A DNA stretch of 64,000 nt from Geosiphon pyriformis uo1 (lineage: Eukaryota; Fungi; Glomeromycota). Position 1 is the stretch's first letter, and the number at the start of each line of letters is the position of its first letter. The stretch is from contig JAAOMT010000708.1 of NCBI GenBank assembly GCA_016748015.1, positions 343,968-407,967 on the forward strand, written 5' to 3'. Shown in pieces: positions 22,891 through 37,297 of the stretch. Below the pieces are notes generated by a model that did no database searches, was not told where the DNA came from, and worked only from the letters and a program-made list of their open reading frames with translations. The position numbers and the translations under genes are program-made.

Positions 22891-24920
22891 GTGGTTACTA
22901 ACAAGTAGCTATAAATTCAGCAGACAAAAAAAAAACAGTATTTATTACCAGAAAAAGAAATTTCGAATTTGATGTTATGCTATTTAGTTTAATCAATGCT
23001 TTAGCTACCTTCTAATAGCTTATGGAAATTATCTATACTGAATTATTATAAAAATCAGTAATAATCTACTTAAATAACACTAATATGTTCTTTAAGACAT
23101 TTAACAATTATTTCCATTATTTCTAACAAGTATTTGAAAGATTAAGAAGAGCTAGACTAAAATTGAATGTTATTAAATGCTTTTTTAAAAAAACTAAACT
23201 CAAGTTTTTGGAATATGTTGTAAGCAAAAATAACATAAAAACAGATCCAAACAAGATTGAAATAATCAAAAACTTTTAGTATTAACAAATCTTACAGAAT
23301 TAAGAGCATTTTTGAAATTTACTAAATACTATTATTATTTTATCCAAAATTTCTCCAAACTGGCTCAACTATTTTACCAGTTTTAAGCAAAAAATATTAA
23401 ATATAAATAGACTAAAACTCAGCAAAAAGCTTTTAACATCTTGAAAAAAAAGCTTATTTAAGCTTTAGTATTGATTTATTTGGATTACAATAAGTCATTT
23501 ATCATTACTACTAATACATTTAACCAAGTATTGGGAGCTATATTGTCACAAAAAAGAGCCAACAAATAAAAACATTTAATGGCATATGCCAACCAAAATT
23601 TAAGTCCAGCTGAAAAGAATTATAGAATTTCAGCATTAGAACATTTAGCTATCTATTGGATTGTCATTAAATAAAAAAAATACTTAAACCAAAAATTTGA
23701 TGTATATATAGATTACAAAGAATTGACATCAATTCAGAAATAAAAATTTGGAAACAATTATTATACAAAATAAAAAATAAAATTATTATAAAAAAGGAAA
23801 AAAAAATAGAAATACTAATGATTTATTACAAATAAAACAAATCTAAAAACATTTCAACTTAAAAATATAACAAAAAATAAACACACAAAAATATCAACAA
23901 CTCTAATATTATATCAATACTCAATAGTTTAAGAAGAAATTATCTTAAAAAAAAACAAAACAACATAAAACAACAATTAAAATATTTTATCACTTATCAA
24001 AATATATTATATTAAAAAAACAGAAAAAATTCAGACTAACTACTTAGAGTAATCACAAAACCAGAGAAAAAAACTGTTCAATATACACTTAAATTTAACA
24101 GCAAGACATTTTCATAAAAAAACAACTATGAAAAGAATCAAAAAAAAATACTACTGGCCATTTATATATCCAGATATTATCTAATATATTTAAAATTGTA
24201 ATGTTTATTAGAAAAAAAGAGAAACAAAATCCAGTAAACTACTAAAACCAATTAAAGTAGAACAACTATTTAATTGAATTAGAATTAACTTAGTTGGATT
24301 ATTAACAATAATCAGGAAAGAGAATCAATTTATAACAGTAATCATAAACTATCTTACAAAATAGCCAGAAGCAAAAACAATTCAAAGAACAGACACAGAA
24401 TTTGTAGCCAAATTTATATACCAAAATTTGATTTGTTAATATAAATGTTCAAAAAAATTGTTATTAGACCAAAAAACTCACTTTGTGAATAAAACATTAA
24501 TAAAATTAAGTCAAAGATTTAGAATTAAAAGACCATTATTATTACTATATTATTCACAAACCAATGACTTAATTGAAAAGTTTGACAGAATATTGTATAA
24601 AGTAATAACCAAAATCAGTTAAGAAAACTAAGATAAATAAGATTTGTTTATATTATCAATATTATTTGCTTATTAAACAATGAAACAAGATACTACATAA
24701 GCAATATCATTTGAATTAGTTTATGATAAAACAGCCATAATACCAGTTGAGATAGATATCAATACATATCTAACTAAACTAATAACAGAAACTAATTTCC
24801 AAGAAACATTGCTAAAAAGAATATATAACTTAATAGAAACTTTAAAAAATAAAAAATAAAAAGCAGTTGATAATATACAAAAGTTACAAGCAAAACAAAA
24901 AACAACAACATAATAATCAG

Positions 24921-25858
24921 TGTTATCAGTAAAATTTTAGCTATTAATTAGGTTGAAATTATCCTCATAATTCCTATTATTAATTAGCATATATTATTAT
25001 CATTTTAATTAATAGTATTTAATCAAATTAGCAATTATTATCATTTAATCAATAATCCGATTTGTACCATAGAAATTAAGATGATCAAATTACACAATAC
25101 TTTGAACCATTTAACATAATCAAAATTCGCCGAAATTAATGAAAATTGGCCGAAATAATTAATAGTTCAGTGAAATAACTTGTAGTTTGCTGAAATGTAT
25201 TTTTAGTTTACTAAAATTATAGCAAAAAGAAAAGTTCAAGTTCAAAGACTAGTATTACAACAAATTGTATAAAAAAAGAGCTATTTTCTTTAAAAAAATA
25301 TATCTTCTCATAGTATCTTATCATAGTATTTTACTTTAGATATCTTAATTAGAACAAATCACCTTTTACATATCTCAAATAAAAATTAAATATTTGAAAA
25401 CCAAATTCTTTAAATTATTATACTTGAAATTCCCTCAAACACAACTAACATTTTGAAATTGATTAGCTACCAATTTCAGTAATCTGTTAATAACTTCAGA
25501 CTTAGATAAAGAACGTTTCTCTTGATAAAATTCTATTTTTTTTACATTTTTTTTCTTTTTTTATCATAATCATTAAGGTAGCCTACAGACAAGATTCCTG
25601 TAAAAGAGTTAACTTTTACAGCAAAGTAACTACACATTTTTGTAAGCTTCTAGACAAGCAATTCCTGGAAAAAAGTTAATATTTACTACTGGCATAGAAT
25701 TGGCCATTCTACTTATAAGCTTAGCAGTTCAAATTATAAGAGATAATTTGAAAATAAATTCAGTTATTGGAGGTTCAACTGCTTTCAGAAAACGTGAAAT
25801 TAACAACAGACAAACATTAACAACATTCAAAAAAAGAGACCAAAAACCTTTAATAACA
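24921..25858 (+). mobile_element. Solo LTR S2 (family A) inside integrase of E5
   Basis: Similar to 1680-2661; flanks TCAG/CCAG. Confidence 0.9.
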
Positions 25859-28800
25859 CCAGTTATCAGATAAACCAATCGAATTTAGGATTGAAAACAA
25901 AGTATTCTTATATTATATCAAAGAAAAAAAACAATAGAATAGAAAATTTGACTCCAAATAAAACAGACTATTTCACATTAAAAAAATTTTAAAAAATAGA
26001 GTTTATAAATTAAGATAAAACAACAAAATCTTAGCTAAAGCAACACATAAAAATTAACTAAAATCATATTACAATATAGCATTATTATTTATCAATAATA
26101 CTTCATAATTAAAAATACAATAAATACTAATCCAACCAAATAAGATTTCATAAGATCTAAAACTAATCATAATCATTAACACAAACATGTCAAATTAATT
26201 TACAAAAACAGTATATAAAAAACCAATAGATATAACAAAAGCAAACAAAAAGATAGAAATTACTGACAATATTTACTCACTTAAACAACAACTATTACAA
26301 CTTATTTAACATCAAAAATTAAGTCTAAAAGTTATCATTAACAAACAAACTATCCAATATAAAAACAAAAAAATAATTCAAAAATTCCAAAAAAAAGAAC
26401 AATATCTCAGATATTATATTTCTAAAAATCCAGTAAACAAAATAATAGGAAAAGTGGAAAAAATATTGGAAATTTCAAAGATAGTAATACCAAATAAAAA
26501 AATAATACTAAAAAATTAGAACCAATAAACACAACAAATTCCCAAAAACTTTTGTTATTATTAGTTAGAACAAAAACTGAATATTTAAAACTTATATACA
26601 GATAAGACCAAAAGAATATTTAATATAACTATATTACAACAAATTAAACAAGTTATAAAAAAAACAATTTATTCACATATGCAAAAGCCATCTACTAACT
26701 ACAAATAAGATTTTAAGACTGACCAAAAATATTACTACATCCAATAATAAATACAGTAACTATTAATCAATTGGAAAAATTAACTAATACTTAATTCAAT
26801 AAATTGCAAACCAAAATTACAAAAGCAATTCTTGAGAAAGAAGTTATAAAGCTAATTCAAGAGAGAGATTTAAGAAATTTAAGAGATTTTAACAAAGCTT
26901 CATATTAAAAAGAAAGAATAATATTATTTATAAAAATTAGAAATTATAGACAGTAAAAAAAAAATTCCAGAATTCTTAAAAAATTGCAGGATTTCAAGAT
27001 TTTTTTCAAGAAATTGCAGAATACCAGAATTTTTTTTAAAAGAATTAAAAAATTTCAAAGAATCTTATATAACATAAATTATGCATATATATAAAAAGTT
27101 TTAGAAGCAGAAAAAATATATTTAATAGAGTTTAAAACAATAATACCTCTTTTTTCAAAAGATAGTTTTCTATAATTTAAAATAAAATTACATTAATATT
27201 AATAAAATATTCAATTATCATTAAATCCATATTATTATTACTTGATTAAAAAATTATTAATCTATTTTACACTATCAACATAGAGTGTTGATAGAATCTA
27301 ATACTTAATTACATTGAACCATAGCTCTTAATTACAGTTATTGACAGGATACTAATTTTTTTTTTTTTGTTTCATTTTTTTGTTGTTTACCAATTGATTA
27401 AAAAAATCAAATACAGAGTATTTGATATTAAGAATAGTCTGGTAAAAAACCTGAAAACAAAAGTAGAAAACTTAAAAATAGCTTATCAAAAGAGCATAAT
27501 TGCCAAAAAAAAAATTCACAGAAGAAATTATCAATTAAATCTCTGTTTATTATATAAAAGCCTCAACCAAAATCTTTAAAAATTATCATCATTTTTAGCT
27601 ATTAAACATCAAGTTATAGGTTTATTATTTGTTCTAACATCTTAAATAATTATTTGTAATAGTGTTTTGGTATTTTTTCTATAATAATTATTCTAGTGAT
27701 AGCTATATAATTTACTTAATAACCTAATTGATTCATAAACTGATTTGTAATTATGTTGTCTGTTAATCTATTGTTAAGTATTAATTTAATGTTTATTTAT
27801 CTTACTTTATTATTAATATATATTATCATTATTATTAAAGATTTTTGATCTCTTTTTCTAAATGTTGTTGTTATTGTTTTGCTGTTTTAATTCCTAATTA
27901 TTGAAAACTATTAAATCTTTAATAACTGAATTTATTTTCAAATTATCTTTTATAATTTAAACTGCTAAGCTTATAAATAAAATAACCAATTTTGTGTTAG
28001 TTATTTGTATAATTACTTTGTAGTAAAAGTTAATTCTTTCTTAAAAATTGTTTATCTAAAAGTTTATTAAAAATATGTAGTTATTTTGCTATGAAAGTTA
28101 ATTTTTTTTCAGAAATTGTTCATCTAAAAGTTCACTAAAAATATGTAGTTACTTTACTGTGAAAGTTAACTTTTCTACAGAAATTTTGTCTATAGACTAT
28201 CCTAATATATATAAAAAGAAAAGTAAAAGAAAATATAAAAAATATAAAAAAAAATTTTATTAAAAAAATTATTTTTTGTTCAGATTTGAAGTAATTAATA
28301 AATTACTGAAATTGGTAGTTAATTAATTTTAAAATATTAGTTGAATTTTAAAAAATTCAAGTATAATAGTTAAAAAATTTGTGTTTTTAAAGTATTTTAA
28401 TTTTTATTAAGTTGTAAATATAAATAAAATAATTTTGAATAAGATTATTATTTTAAGATAAAATATATTTTTTCAAAAAGAAAAGCTTTTTTTTTTAAAT
28501 TTATTGTAATACTAGTTTTTAAACTTATACTTTTTTTTTGCTAGTATTTTAATAAATTAAAAGTATATTTTGGTAAACTATAAGTTGTTTCTTTATACTA
28601 TGAATTATTTTGGTAAATTAGTGAATTATTTTGCAAAATTCTATAAATTTTGGTAAATTCTTGACTATTATAAAGTTTAATATATTGTATAATTTGATTA
28701 TCACAATTTGTGTATTATATAAATTGAGTTATTAATTAAATAGTAGTATTTAATAATTTAATTAAATAATAAGTGATAATTAATATAATGATATTATATG

Positions 28801-30848
28801 TTAATTAATAATAGGAATTATAAAATAATTTTTGTTACTTAATGGCTAAAATTCTATTAGTAACATAATTTTTTTCTTAAAACTAAGCTCCATTAAAGTC
28901 TAAATACTATCCATAATTTCTAGATAATAATCTAAAGTAATTTGGTTTGAAAATTGTTGAAATTTCAGTTTTGTAAATTTGCCAATATATTGAATTTTTA
29001 TTGTTTAAAATATTGAATTTTGTAGAACATTTTCACAAGTATTGAACAAATTATAAAGTTTAAAAACTGTTTTAAGTTTGTAATAAGTATTTATTGATCT
29101 AGCTGTTATCTTAAATTCATTGTAGATTTGTTTTTGTATAGCTTCAGAAATGAGATTGATTGCTTCAAATTCCAGTTTTCATTAATATAGTGTTTTTTTA
29201 ATTTAAAAGTATTAATAAATAAGAGTATATTTACTGTTTTTATTAAGATATATTTTAAGTTTTTGTTGTATTGTGGTATTTAGAAAAATATTTATAGAAT
29301 TAAACAGTAAGTTTTCTTTTAAAGCTTGTTTTAAAAATTTTGGTAAGTGATTTCTAGAATAATTTCTTGTATTTTTTCTATAAAAGTGATAATTTTAAGA
29401 ATTATTTATTATTAAAGCTATAGTTTTTTTTTAAATGTAATTAATTTAACTTCTATTAATTATTATAGATAAATTAAAAAGTGTTTTCAAAGTTAATATT
29501 AATTTTTAGAATATTTGTTAAATGTTTTGGTAAATAAATATTATAAAATTAAAAAAAAATAATAAAATTTGGTAAAAAATAAAAAAAAATTATTTTTGAA
29601 TATAAAAGTTTTTTTTATATATATTTTTAATTTGGTTATTTTTTTTGTAGTTATTTTAAAAAAATTACTAATATAAATAATTTAAATATTCAGATTTAGT
29701 TATTATTTTATTACAACTATTGATTCTAAATTTTAAAGAATATTTTCAAGATTAATTAAGAAGAATGTATACTAATTTGTGAAATTAATAATTTAAGATT
29801 GATTCTAAAGTAATAATATTTTAATTAATCTTTATGTACAACTTTTGCTAAAATTTCGTCATTAAATTTTAACTTATATAATTCATTGCTTAGAACTTTA
29901 TAAATATAAAATATTCTATTTTATTTGTGATTAAATTTTCTATTTTACTATTTTTCAGCTTTAATTCTGTATAAAAAAACTTTATTTTCAATTTTAAATT
30001 TATTAAAAATTTATTGTCATGTTATTTTTTTGTTAAACTTAGGAGTGTTTAATATAAGTAATTGCAATTTGTTATTTTTTTTTAACATACTAAGCAGAAT
30101 ATAAGCTTTTTGTTAAAATGTTTCTTAAAAGTTCTTCTCTGTAATCAGTTGTATTAAATATGTTTCTACTATAAAATTAATTAGTAATATTGCTGTTTTT
30201 CTATAGTAAAGTCAAATAATAAGATAATAATAATAATCTTTTAATGTTAAATTATTCACAAATTTTTTGTATTAAATTATTTACAAAATGTGTTTCTTGA
30301 TTGAATAAAAATTTGATTGAACATTCATGTTTGCAGATAATATCTTTATAGATGAAATTTGCTATTAATTTTGTATCTATTCTTTGAATGGCTCTAATTT
30401 TAAACCATTTGGTAAAATAATCTACTGTAATTATAATATAATAGTTTTTTTGAATTGTGATAAATAATGATTTAACTAAATTAATTTCTATTTTGTTAAA
30501 GAGTTGTTTAACTTTAATTAAATTTAAAGATTTAGTAAGACAAATTTCTTTTTTTTTAATAATTATTATATAATTCTACATATTATTAAATTTTTTTTGT
30601 ATGTAAATCCAAAAATAATGTTCTAATATTCTTTAAATTATACTATTTTTTTCTAAATATGCTAAAAATAAGTCTGTGTACATATTGTAAAAAATGGTTT
30701 TTTTTTATTTTTTTATTTTTTTATTTTATTGCTTAACGAGTAAGGTCCAAACACTACCTAGCACTATACATCATGGAATTAATCTAAACTAGGCGTGAAT
30801 CATGCACTTTCTACACATAACCAGCCACTCGGGCCGATCAGAACAACA

Positions 30849-33800
30849 CTACACAGCTATATGAACTGATACTAATTCACCTATACCTGAAAAGAACAAG
30901 CAAGTCTTGCGAAAACCAAAATAAACACCTAAAGCACTAGTAATGCCAAGTAACCTAACCACTCCTGCAGAGAACCTCGAAGCCAAACCATGAACTGAAA
31001 TGACAGCTGAACTATCTAGTGGGATCAGTTCATTCTTCTCCATATACGCACGATGCTTAGCATGAATCGACCAGACATCCTTCCTGAAAGCAAGACCAAG
31101 AGAGCGCACAAACTTGACAATTTCCAAAACAGCAATCTTGGGGTCGTGAAAGATGGAAACAGCCTCGCTAAACTATCCATTGAAAACAAAGTCCTTAAAA
31201 AGAGCCATAGACACAGAGGAATCAGAAACACTGGATGACAACAGCTGCAATATATCTGAGGGGGAGTGAGAGGAGCCAGAAAGCGCCTTCCAAGACCCTA
31301 CATAAGAATTCAACAACTGGTGCTGAACAGACTCGTCAACCTTGCAAGAGAACACATGATCCGACACCTCCACCTCACCACAATACAAGCACAACACGCT
31401 AGGATAACGTTTATTATAGAGGCGCTTCCGAACAGCAACCGGCAGCCGATGGTGCAAAGACTTCATAAAATAAGTACACACACTGGACGAATACCTGCTG
31501 GTAAATCCTGCAGCCATGTGCAAATCAGGATGCCACACCAACGACGAACGGGGCCAATCAACCTTAGAAGACAAGCTGCCAACCAAAACCCCAGAACCAA
31601 AACCAATCTCCCACCACACACGACAAATATCACGAACAAAATGCTTCGAATTTTCAGAAACAACATCACCATCAGCTGCCAAGAAGTGCTCACTCAAGCA
31701 AGGGGGAAGATACCAATTGGAGAGAGAAGCGGCACCAGCAATCGCATCAGCACGCTTATTTCCCAAAACACCAGAATGACCTTTCACCTTGCGAAAGCTA
31801 ACCCTTAACTTCTTACTGTGAATTACATTGACAATATGATGACGTTTGATCCAACACTGATTACAAAAATTGGGACACACCAGATCTAACTCCGACCTGC
31901 AAGCATCCAACGCCGATTGACTATCTGAGAACAAACAAACAGAGCTTGACGGAGGAACACACTCCAGAGCTAAAGCAACAGCCTGCAATTCCGCCAAAGT
32001 AGACGACATCAAACTTAATACCCTTATGTCCAAACCCAAACCAATGTCCTCAAAAAAAACAGCAGCACCAGCTCTACAGCCAACCATGCCAAGACCACTA
32101 AGAGATCCATCCGTATACACTGACAGGCTGCTAGCACCGGTCACCAAGAGACGATCATGAATAGACACAAATTCACCAGACTTAAGAATGTTTGAAGGAT
32201 TACCATCCCCCAAAACTAGAGATTGATCACGAGAAGATCTCACACTATTGAGAAACAAAACAGAATGCTTGAACCACTCAGGAACTGGGCCACGGGAGTC
32301 CAATCTCTTCCACTGCTTGAAAGTGTACCAATCATAAACAGCACCATGACGGTCACGAAGTTGATTCACAAAGGCAATACCATACCACTGAAGAGAAGGG
32401 AGAAACTTAAGAAATCTTGACTCGCCCAGAACCTCAGACATAGGCACTCTACCATGAGACCGAAAAGAACTAACCAAAGAGCCACTCAGAGACACATTGC
32501 AATCGACAAGAACATGAACCATGCCTGCCAGAAAGTTATTAGAAGCACTGATACAAATACGAACAGGAGAACACAATAGATGAACAGGGCACCAACACAG
32601 AACTTGCAAGTCATAAGACCTGTGGAAAAACAAACGACCCAAGATACCACCAGAGTTCGCAAAACTGACAAGGGAAGCAATCTTGCTTTCAGATTGAACT
32701 TGAGAAAATGACTTCAAACCATAAAACGAAGGGTGGTAAACCACATTATTGGAGAAATCGAGTGGCAAACCAGACTTGAGCTTCAAACCTTTACAAATCA
32801 GAGCATCCCACTTCCCGCACACACCAACAGGAATAAAACTGAACTGAGTTCTATAGCTGACTATCGGATGCAGAACTGCCGACACCAAATACAAAAACTG
32901 CTTATCTGAGACCGCCTTCCTCAACACCAGATTGGTAAAAAAGCGAATGTCCAAATGCGCCTTAGCCAAGCTAGGCTTCAAAAGACCCTCAGTTGACAGA
33001 AAAATGCCCAGATATCGGTGAGATTCGCTCTTTTTGGCAATAGAAATGGGCGAACCACTGATAAAAAGGAAAAGACTGCTGACTCTGCTATTGATAGGAA
33101 TGGCTACTGTTTTGTCGTTGTTAATAGAAATCTCATTGATAAAAAAAATTCACTAGCAACATCGAGAATATGTTGAGTAGCCATCTGACTGCTACCAACC
33201 CAAATCGTATCATCAACAAAAGCACCAGCGGCAAAAAAAGAAGAAAACCCAGCCTGAGATTCGGAACGACCATTCTTGGAAACAAAGTGAGAGTTCAACC
33301 TATACCCACATACACTCTTCTGTCTTTTGACTTCACACAAAAGAGGATCATAAAATATGCGCCAGAGAAGAGGAGAGAAGACCTCTCCCTGGTCCAAACC
33401 ATCGTGCACACGGTAACCGTTTGTCAGTCCAAAATCAGTCATGACTTGATTGGTACGATCCCTATGAATACCACCAAAAAACCGAATAAATTTGCTACAC
33501 ATCTTAATCCTAACCAAACTTTTCTCGAGATGCTCCCAGCCAACCAAGTCATACGCCTTTCGCATGTCCTACAGAACCAGCCATAGCTCCCTGTTTTTTT
33601 CCAAAGCATTTTCGACCACTGAACCAATTGCAAAAATAGGGGACTGGGTTGTTATACCCTTCAAAACTGAGAAATTAGCCCTTCGAAGCACATCAAAAGT
33701 ACTGCATGCCAAAGAAATCCTGTCCGAAAATATCTTGGAAAGAACCTTGCGAGCTGTTTTGATCAAGGCAATAGGATGTGTGTTCGTTAAAACACCTTTC

Positions 33801-35501
33801 CACTCATAAGGTTTCGGAATCATTGAGATCCATGCTTCCTTCCAAGAGCCGGGCACTGACTCACTAGACAAACAAGAGTTCAAGAGCACCAACAACATAT
33901 CCAAAACTGACCTATTACAATGTTTCCAAAGCTCATTTGAAATACCCGACAAACCAGCCGCTTTACCCTCCGGAAGATCAGAAATTACCCCAAGGAACTT
34001 ATCATACCCAATCGAACACATAACACCAGAAAAAGCTTCGTCAAAAACATACTCCAGCGGCTGATATTGAAGGCACCAATCATCCAAGACATTATCGACC
34101 ATCCGACGCTTCCTAGTCCAACCTCCCATGATCGCATCTACCTTGGATTTGACCTGCTCAGGTTCCAAAATCAATTCATCATCAACCACCAAATGATCCA
34201 GCACAATCTTATGAAATGGGCGCTCCAACACGCTTCTTATTGTATAACCTTTATTTACCTCAAAGCTTTCCATCCTCTTGTCTATTGCAGATCTGATGCA
34301 TGCTTCTTTAGCACTCTGAGATTCAATGAGCTTGGACTTTCGATAAAATTTCCTGGCACCAAAAAGAGCAGAACAAACACGACCAGATTCCACCAGATCC
34401 TGAACGACCAAAGCCTTGACACTGTTCAGAGAAGCCCAACACCTCATGAGAGAAGCAAAATCCACAGCACACCTCACACAAAATGCCTTAATAATTTTTG
34501 AAACCAGAAGCTCCAACTTGTGGAACCTTGATGACTCTTTGGTAAAGACACCATCAAATTCTTTGAACCACTTTTTCTTGAACACTTTATTAGCCGAAAA
34601 AATCATTATTCTGCGAACAACATTCCACATTGCGTCCAAATCCAAAAACCTCACAGAAACAGCAAACTCATCTGAAAACATTGTTGCATTAGCCAATGTG
34701 GCACACTTAAAATCGATCCATTTACTCTCATCAGCACCCTTGAAATCAAACTTCCATCTGTCTCTGTTTGCTTGCTTGCGAAAAGAGCTCAATTGCGTAT
34801 CCAGAAGCCCACCCAAACCCAAAGACACTGAGACAGCTTGATGATCCGTGTCAAAGTGCTTACTAACACCCGAAACATTACGATGTACCATCGCATTGAC
34901 TAGATTCGGAGTAATCAATTGTTCTTTTGACACCCCTAGAGTTCTCCCAAGTGGGCATTTTCACAGCCGGGCTCCCGACCAAAGAGTTAATCAATCCCAA
35001 ATCAAGGCACTTCTTGAAACTTGCACACTTATGAGAGCCGTCTTCATTAAAATCGCCACCGAAGATAACAAAGAAGGACTTATTAACAGCCTTTGCGATG
35101 ATAGAGTTGATTTTGCCTGTCTGAGAGAACTGGACTGCCGAAGAAGCGCCAGCGTACAGTCCCAAAATTGACACAGAGAGTCTGTTCTTGAAAAGTAACT
35201 TGATAGACAACAACCGACCCAGGACCTCAGACACTTTGCATATATGTCTTGCCAAAAAAAAGTTTATAACTACTGCCACACCAGCACCCAGATACCCAGA
35301 ATCCAAACCAGTAGTAAACATCCGAACCCCATCAAACTTGTTAATGATCCAGGGCTGAACCTTACCTTTTAACTTAGTTTCAGTAAAAATCGAAATTGAA
35401 TTGTCCATGTCCTTATGCCAACAAACGACATCACCCTGCTTTGCAGGGTTGTTCATTCCTCTAACATTGCATGTAGTGACTCTCCATACTAATTCACTCA
35501 T
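30849..35501 (-). pseudogene. LINE ORF2 (endonuclease-RT-RNase H-zinc finger), disrupted by stops and frameshifts
   Basis: TCNVRG, ETK, GGDFN (APE); DMRKAYD, QGEVFSP, FVDD (RT); VYTDGS, AELQA, DSQS, KVKGHSG (RNase H); CLYC..HVFSC. Confidence 0.92.
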
Positions 35502-37297
35502 TGGGAGGGGGATTGGAAGTTTGCACCACCAGCCAAAGCCAGACTATCGAAACAAGCGGACAAGATCAACACAGATTTGGAGAGGCCCTTCAACATATTT
35601 TTCAACTTGACAACATGGAGGGACGTGGATGAGTCCACAATTGTAGCAAACTCATGGCCATCAGCCATACTCAAGTCCATATCCAATGTCACATCACTTT
35701 CCAAATTCTGTGGCGGGGTGACCACTGGCAGCCAGCATCCTTGACCAGGCTGGGGAACCACTGGCACAAGCAAATCTAACCTCTTGGCCAACCCATCAAT
35801 TTGTTTTGTGAGACTGACAAGACCATCCTTGATACTGACCAGTCTTTTTTCCAGATTTTTTGCAACAGGAGGGATAGGTTTACCATCGATGACAGAACCA
35901 AAACTTGCCTTACCACCAGAAAGAGAGGGAGCAGAGGGAGCGCTAACCACCGATGCCTAAGTTTTACCACCAAAAGCCAAAGGACGAGAGATAGGCGCAG
36001 ATCTCCTTGCATAAATTTTCGCCAATCTGGATTGGTCCTGAACCAAAAGGTGAGCCTTTCTGCCTCCTGCAATCCCAGCACCTTTGACTGTTCTGCAACC
36101 AAGAGAAGTATGACCAAATTTCTTACAAACCGCACATGAAGCTAAAGAAAGACGGGACCAACGGAGACCAAAGCTCTTTATAACTGAAGTTGTTGCTATT
36201 GCATTAACTAATTCCACTTCCGAGCTAAAACACACAGTGGCACAGCAGGCGCAAGAATAACTGACAGGATTGCAATCGATGAAGCAGGTTTTCCCACCAA
36301 TAGAACCAATAAAATCCCACAAATTATGAGCAGTGGTTCCCATGAGAAGAGTATATAGCAAAGCCTTAAAATTATCTCTGGTATCCCACGATTGTTTGTC
36401 GATATCAGCCCTGGCCACCCGAATCACGTCCTTCCCAATGAGGATAGACCACTTAGAGGCCAGAAAATCAGCCTGGTCTTGATCTTCCAATTCGATGATC
36501 GCCTTTTGCCATAAACCCACCAGCTGCATTTTGATCGACTTAATGATGCCAAATTCGGCTACAGCCACACGCACAGCCTCCAAAGATGTTCTCACAGGAA
36601 TTTCTTTCAGCACAATTGCCCGATTTGTATGATTGTTGACAGGGTGCTTGAGATTGGTGTTTACTACAACACCATGGTCATTAGCCAAATTAGCTGCAGT
36701 CATCATTGTCTCCTCAGAAGTGAAAGTAGCCCGAATAATTCCACCAAATTTTGAGGGGGTAGAGGCCCCCCCAAAACTATTTACACCTGAAAAGATTTTT
36801 CTGACAAAATTGACTTTTTCCTGAGAGGATTTACCCACCACTGCCACCAGATCTATATCCAAAGCGAAGGACTTGCAAACAGGCACCTGAACGGACGGCT
36901 TGACTGGAAAAGGAGGCGGGAGAAGAAGAGATTCATCCAACACATCACCATCCGCATCGACAGCATCATAATCAATCACACCCAATGGCTTCCCTAATAC
37001 TTTTTTGGTCTTTACACACAAACCTCTAGGCGTTTGATCAGGATCTCCTCCCGCGAAAGGACCATCATCACCATAGTCCACACTGGTTTCTTCCACCAAG
37101 CATTCTTCCTCCATGTCAATACTCTCAGATTCCGTAGTGTTACCAGTCTCCAAACTCCATGAACAAACACCAAAAATTTCAGCAGCAACCCTTCTGTTAT
37201 CAACACCCTCTGCCAACACACCTCCCTTCCTCTTTTTCCTTAATGCAACCGCTTTAAAACCACTCTCAGAACCAGAAACTTTAGCAGTCTTTTTCAT
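35498..37297 (-). pseudogene. LINE ORF1 (gag-like; RRM-like region, CCHC knuckle, coiled coil), one TGG>TAG stop
   Basis: ORFs 35957..37297 and 35498..35950 are in frame; CAVCKKFGHTSLGC. Confidence 0.85.

Larger units (their letters stand above)
21558..27661 (+). mobile_element. Ty3/Gypsy element E5 (family B), heavily decayed 3' part containing two solo LTRs; ORF3 ~26253-26908, 3' LTR 26922-27661
   Basis: Collinear nucleotide similarity to RT-RH-INT-ORF3-LTR of E2 and E4. Confidence 0.85.

Noticed and set aside
30690-30730. Exact LINE target-site duplication
   Set aside because: Candidate TTTTTTATTTTTT (also at ~37435) cannot be separated from the A-rich tail
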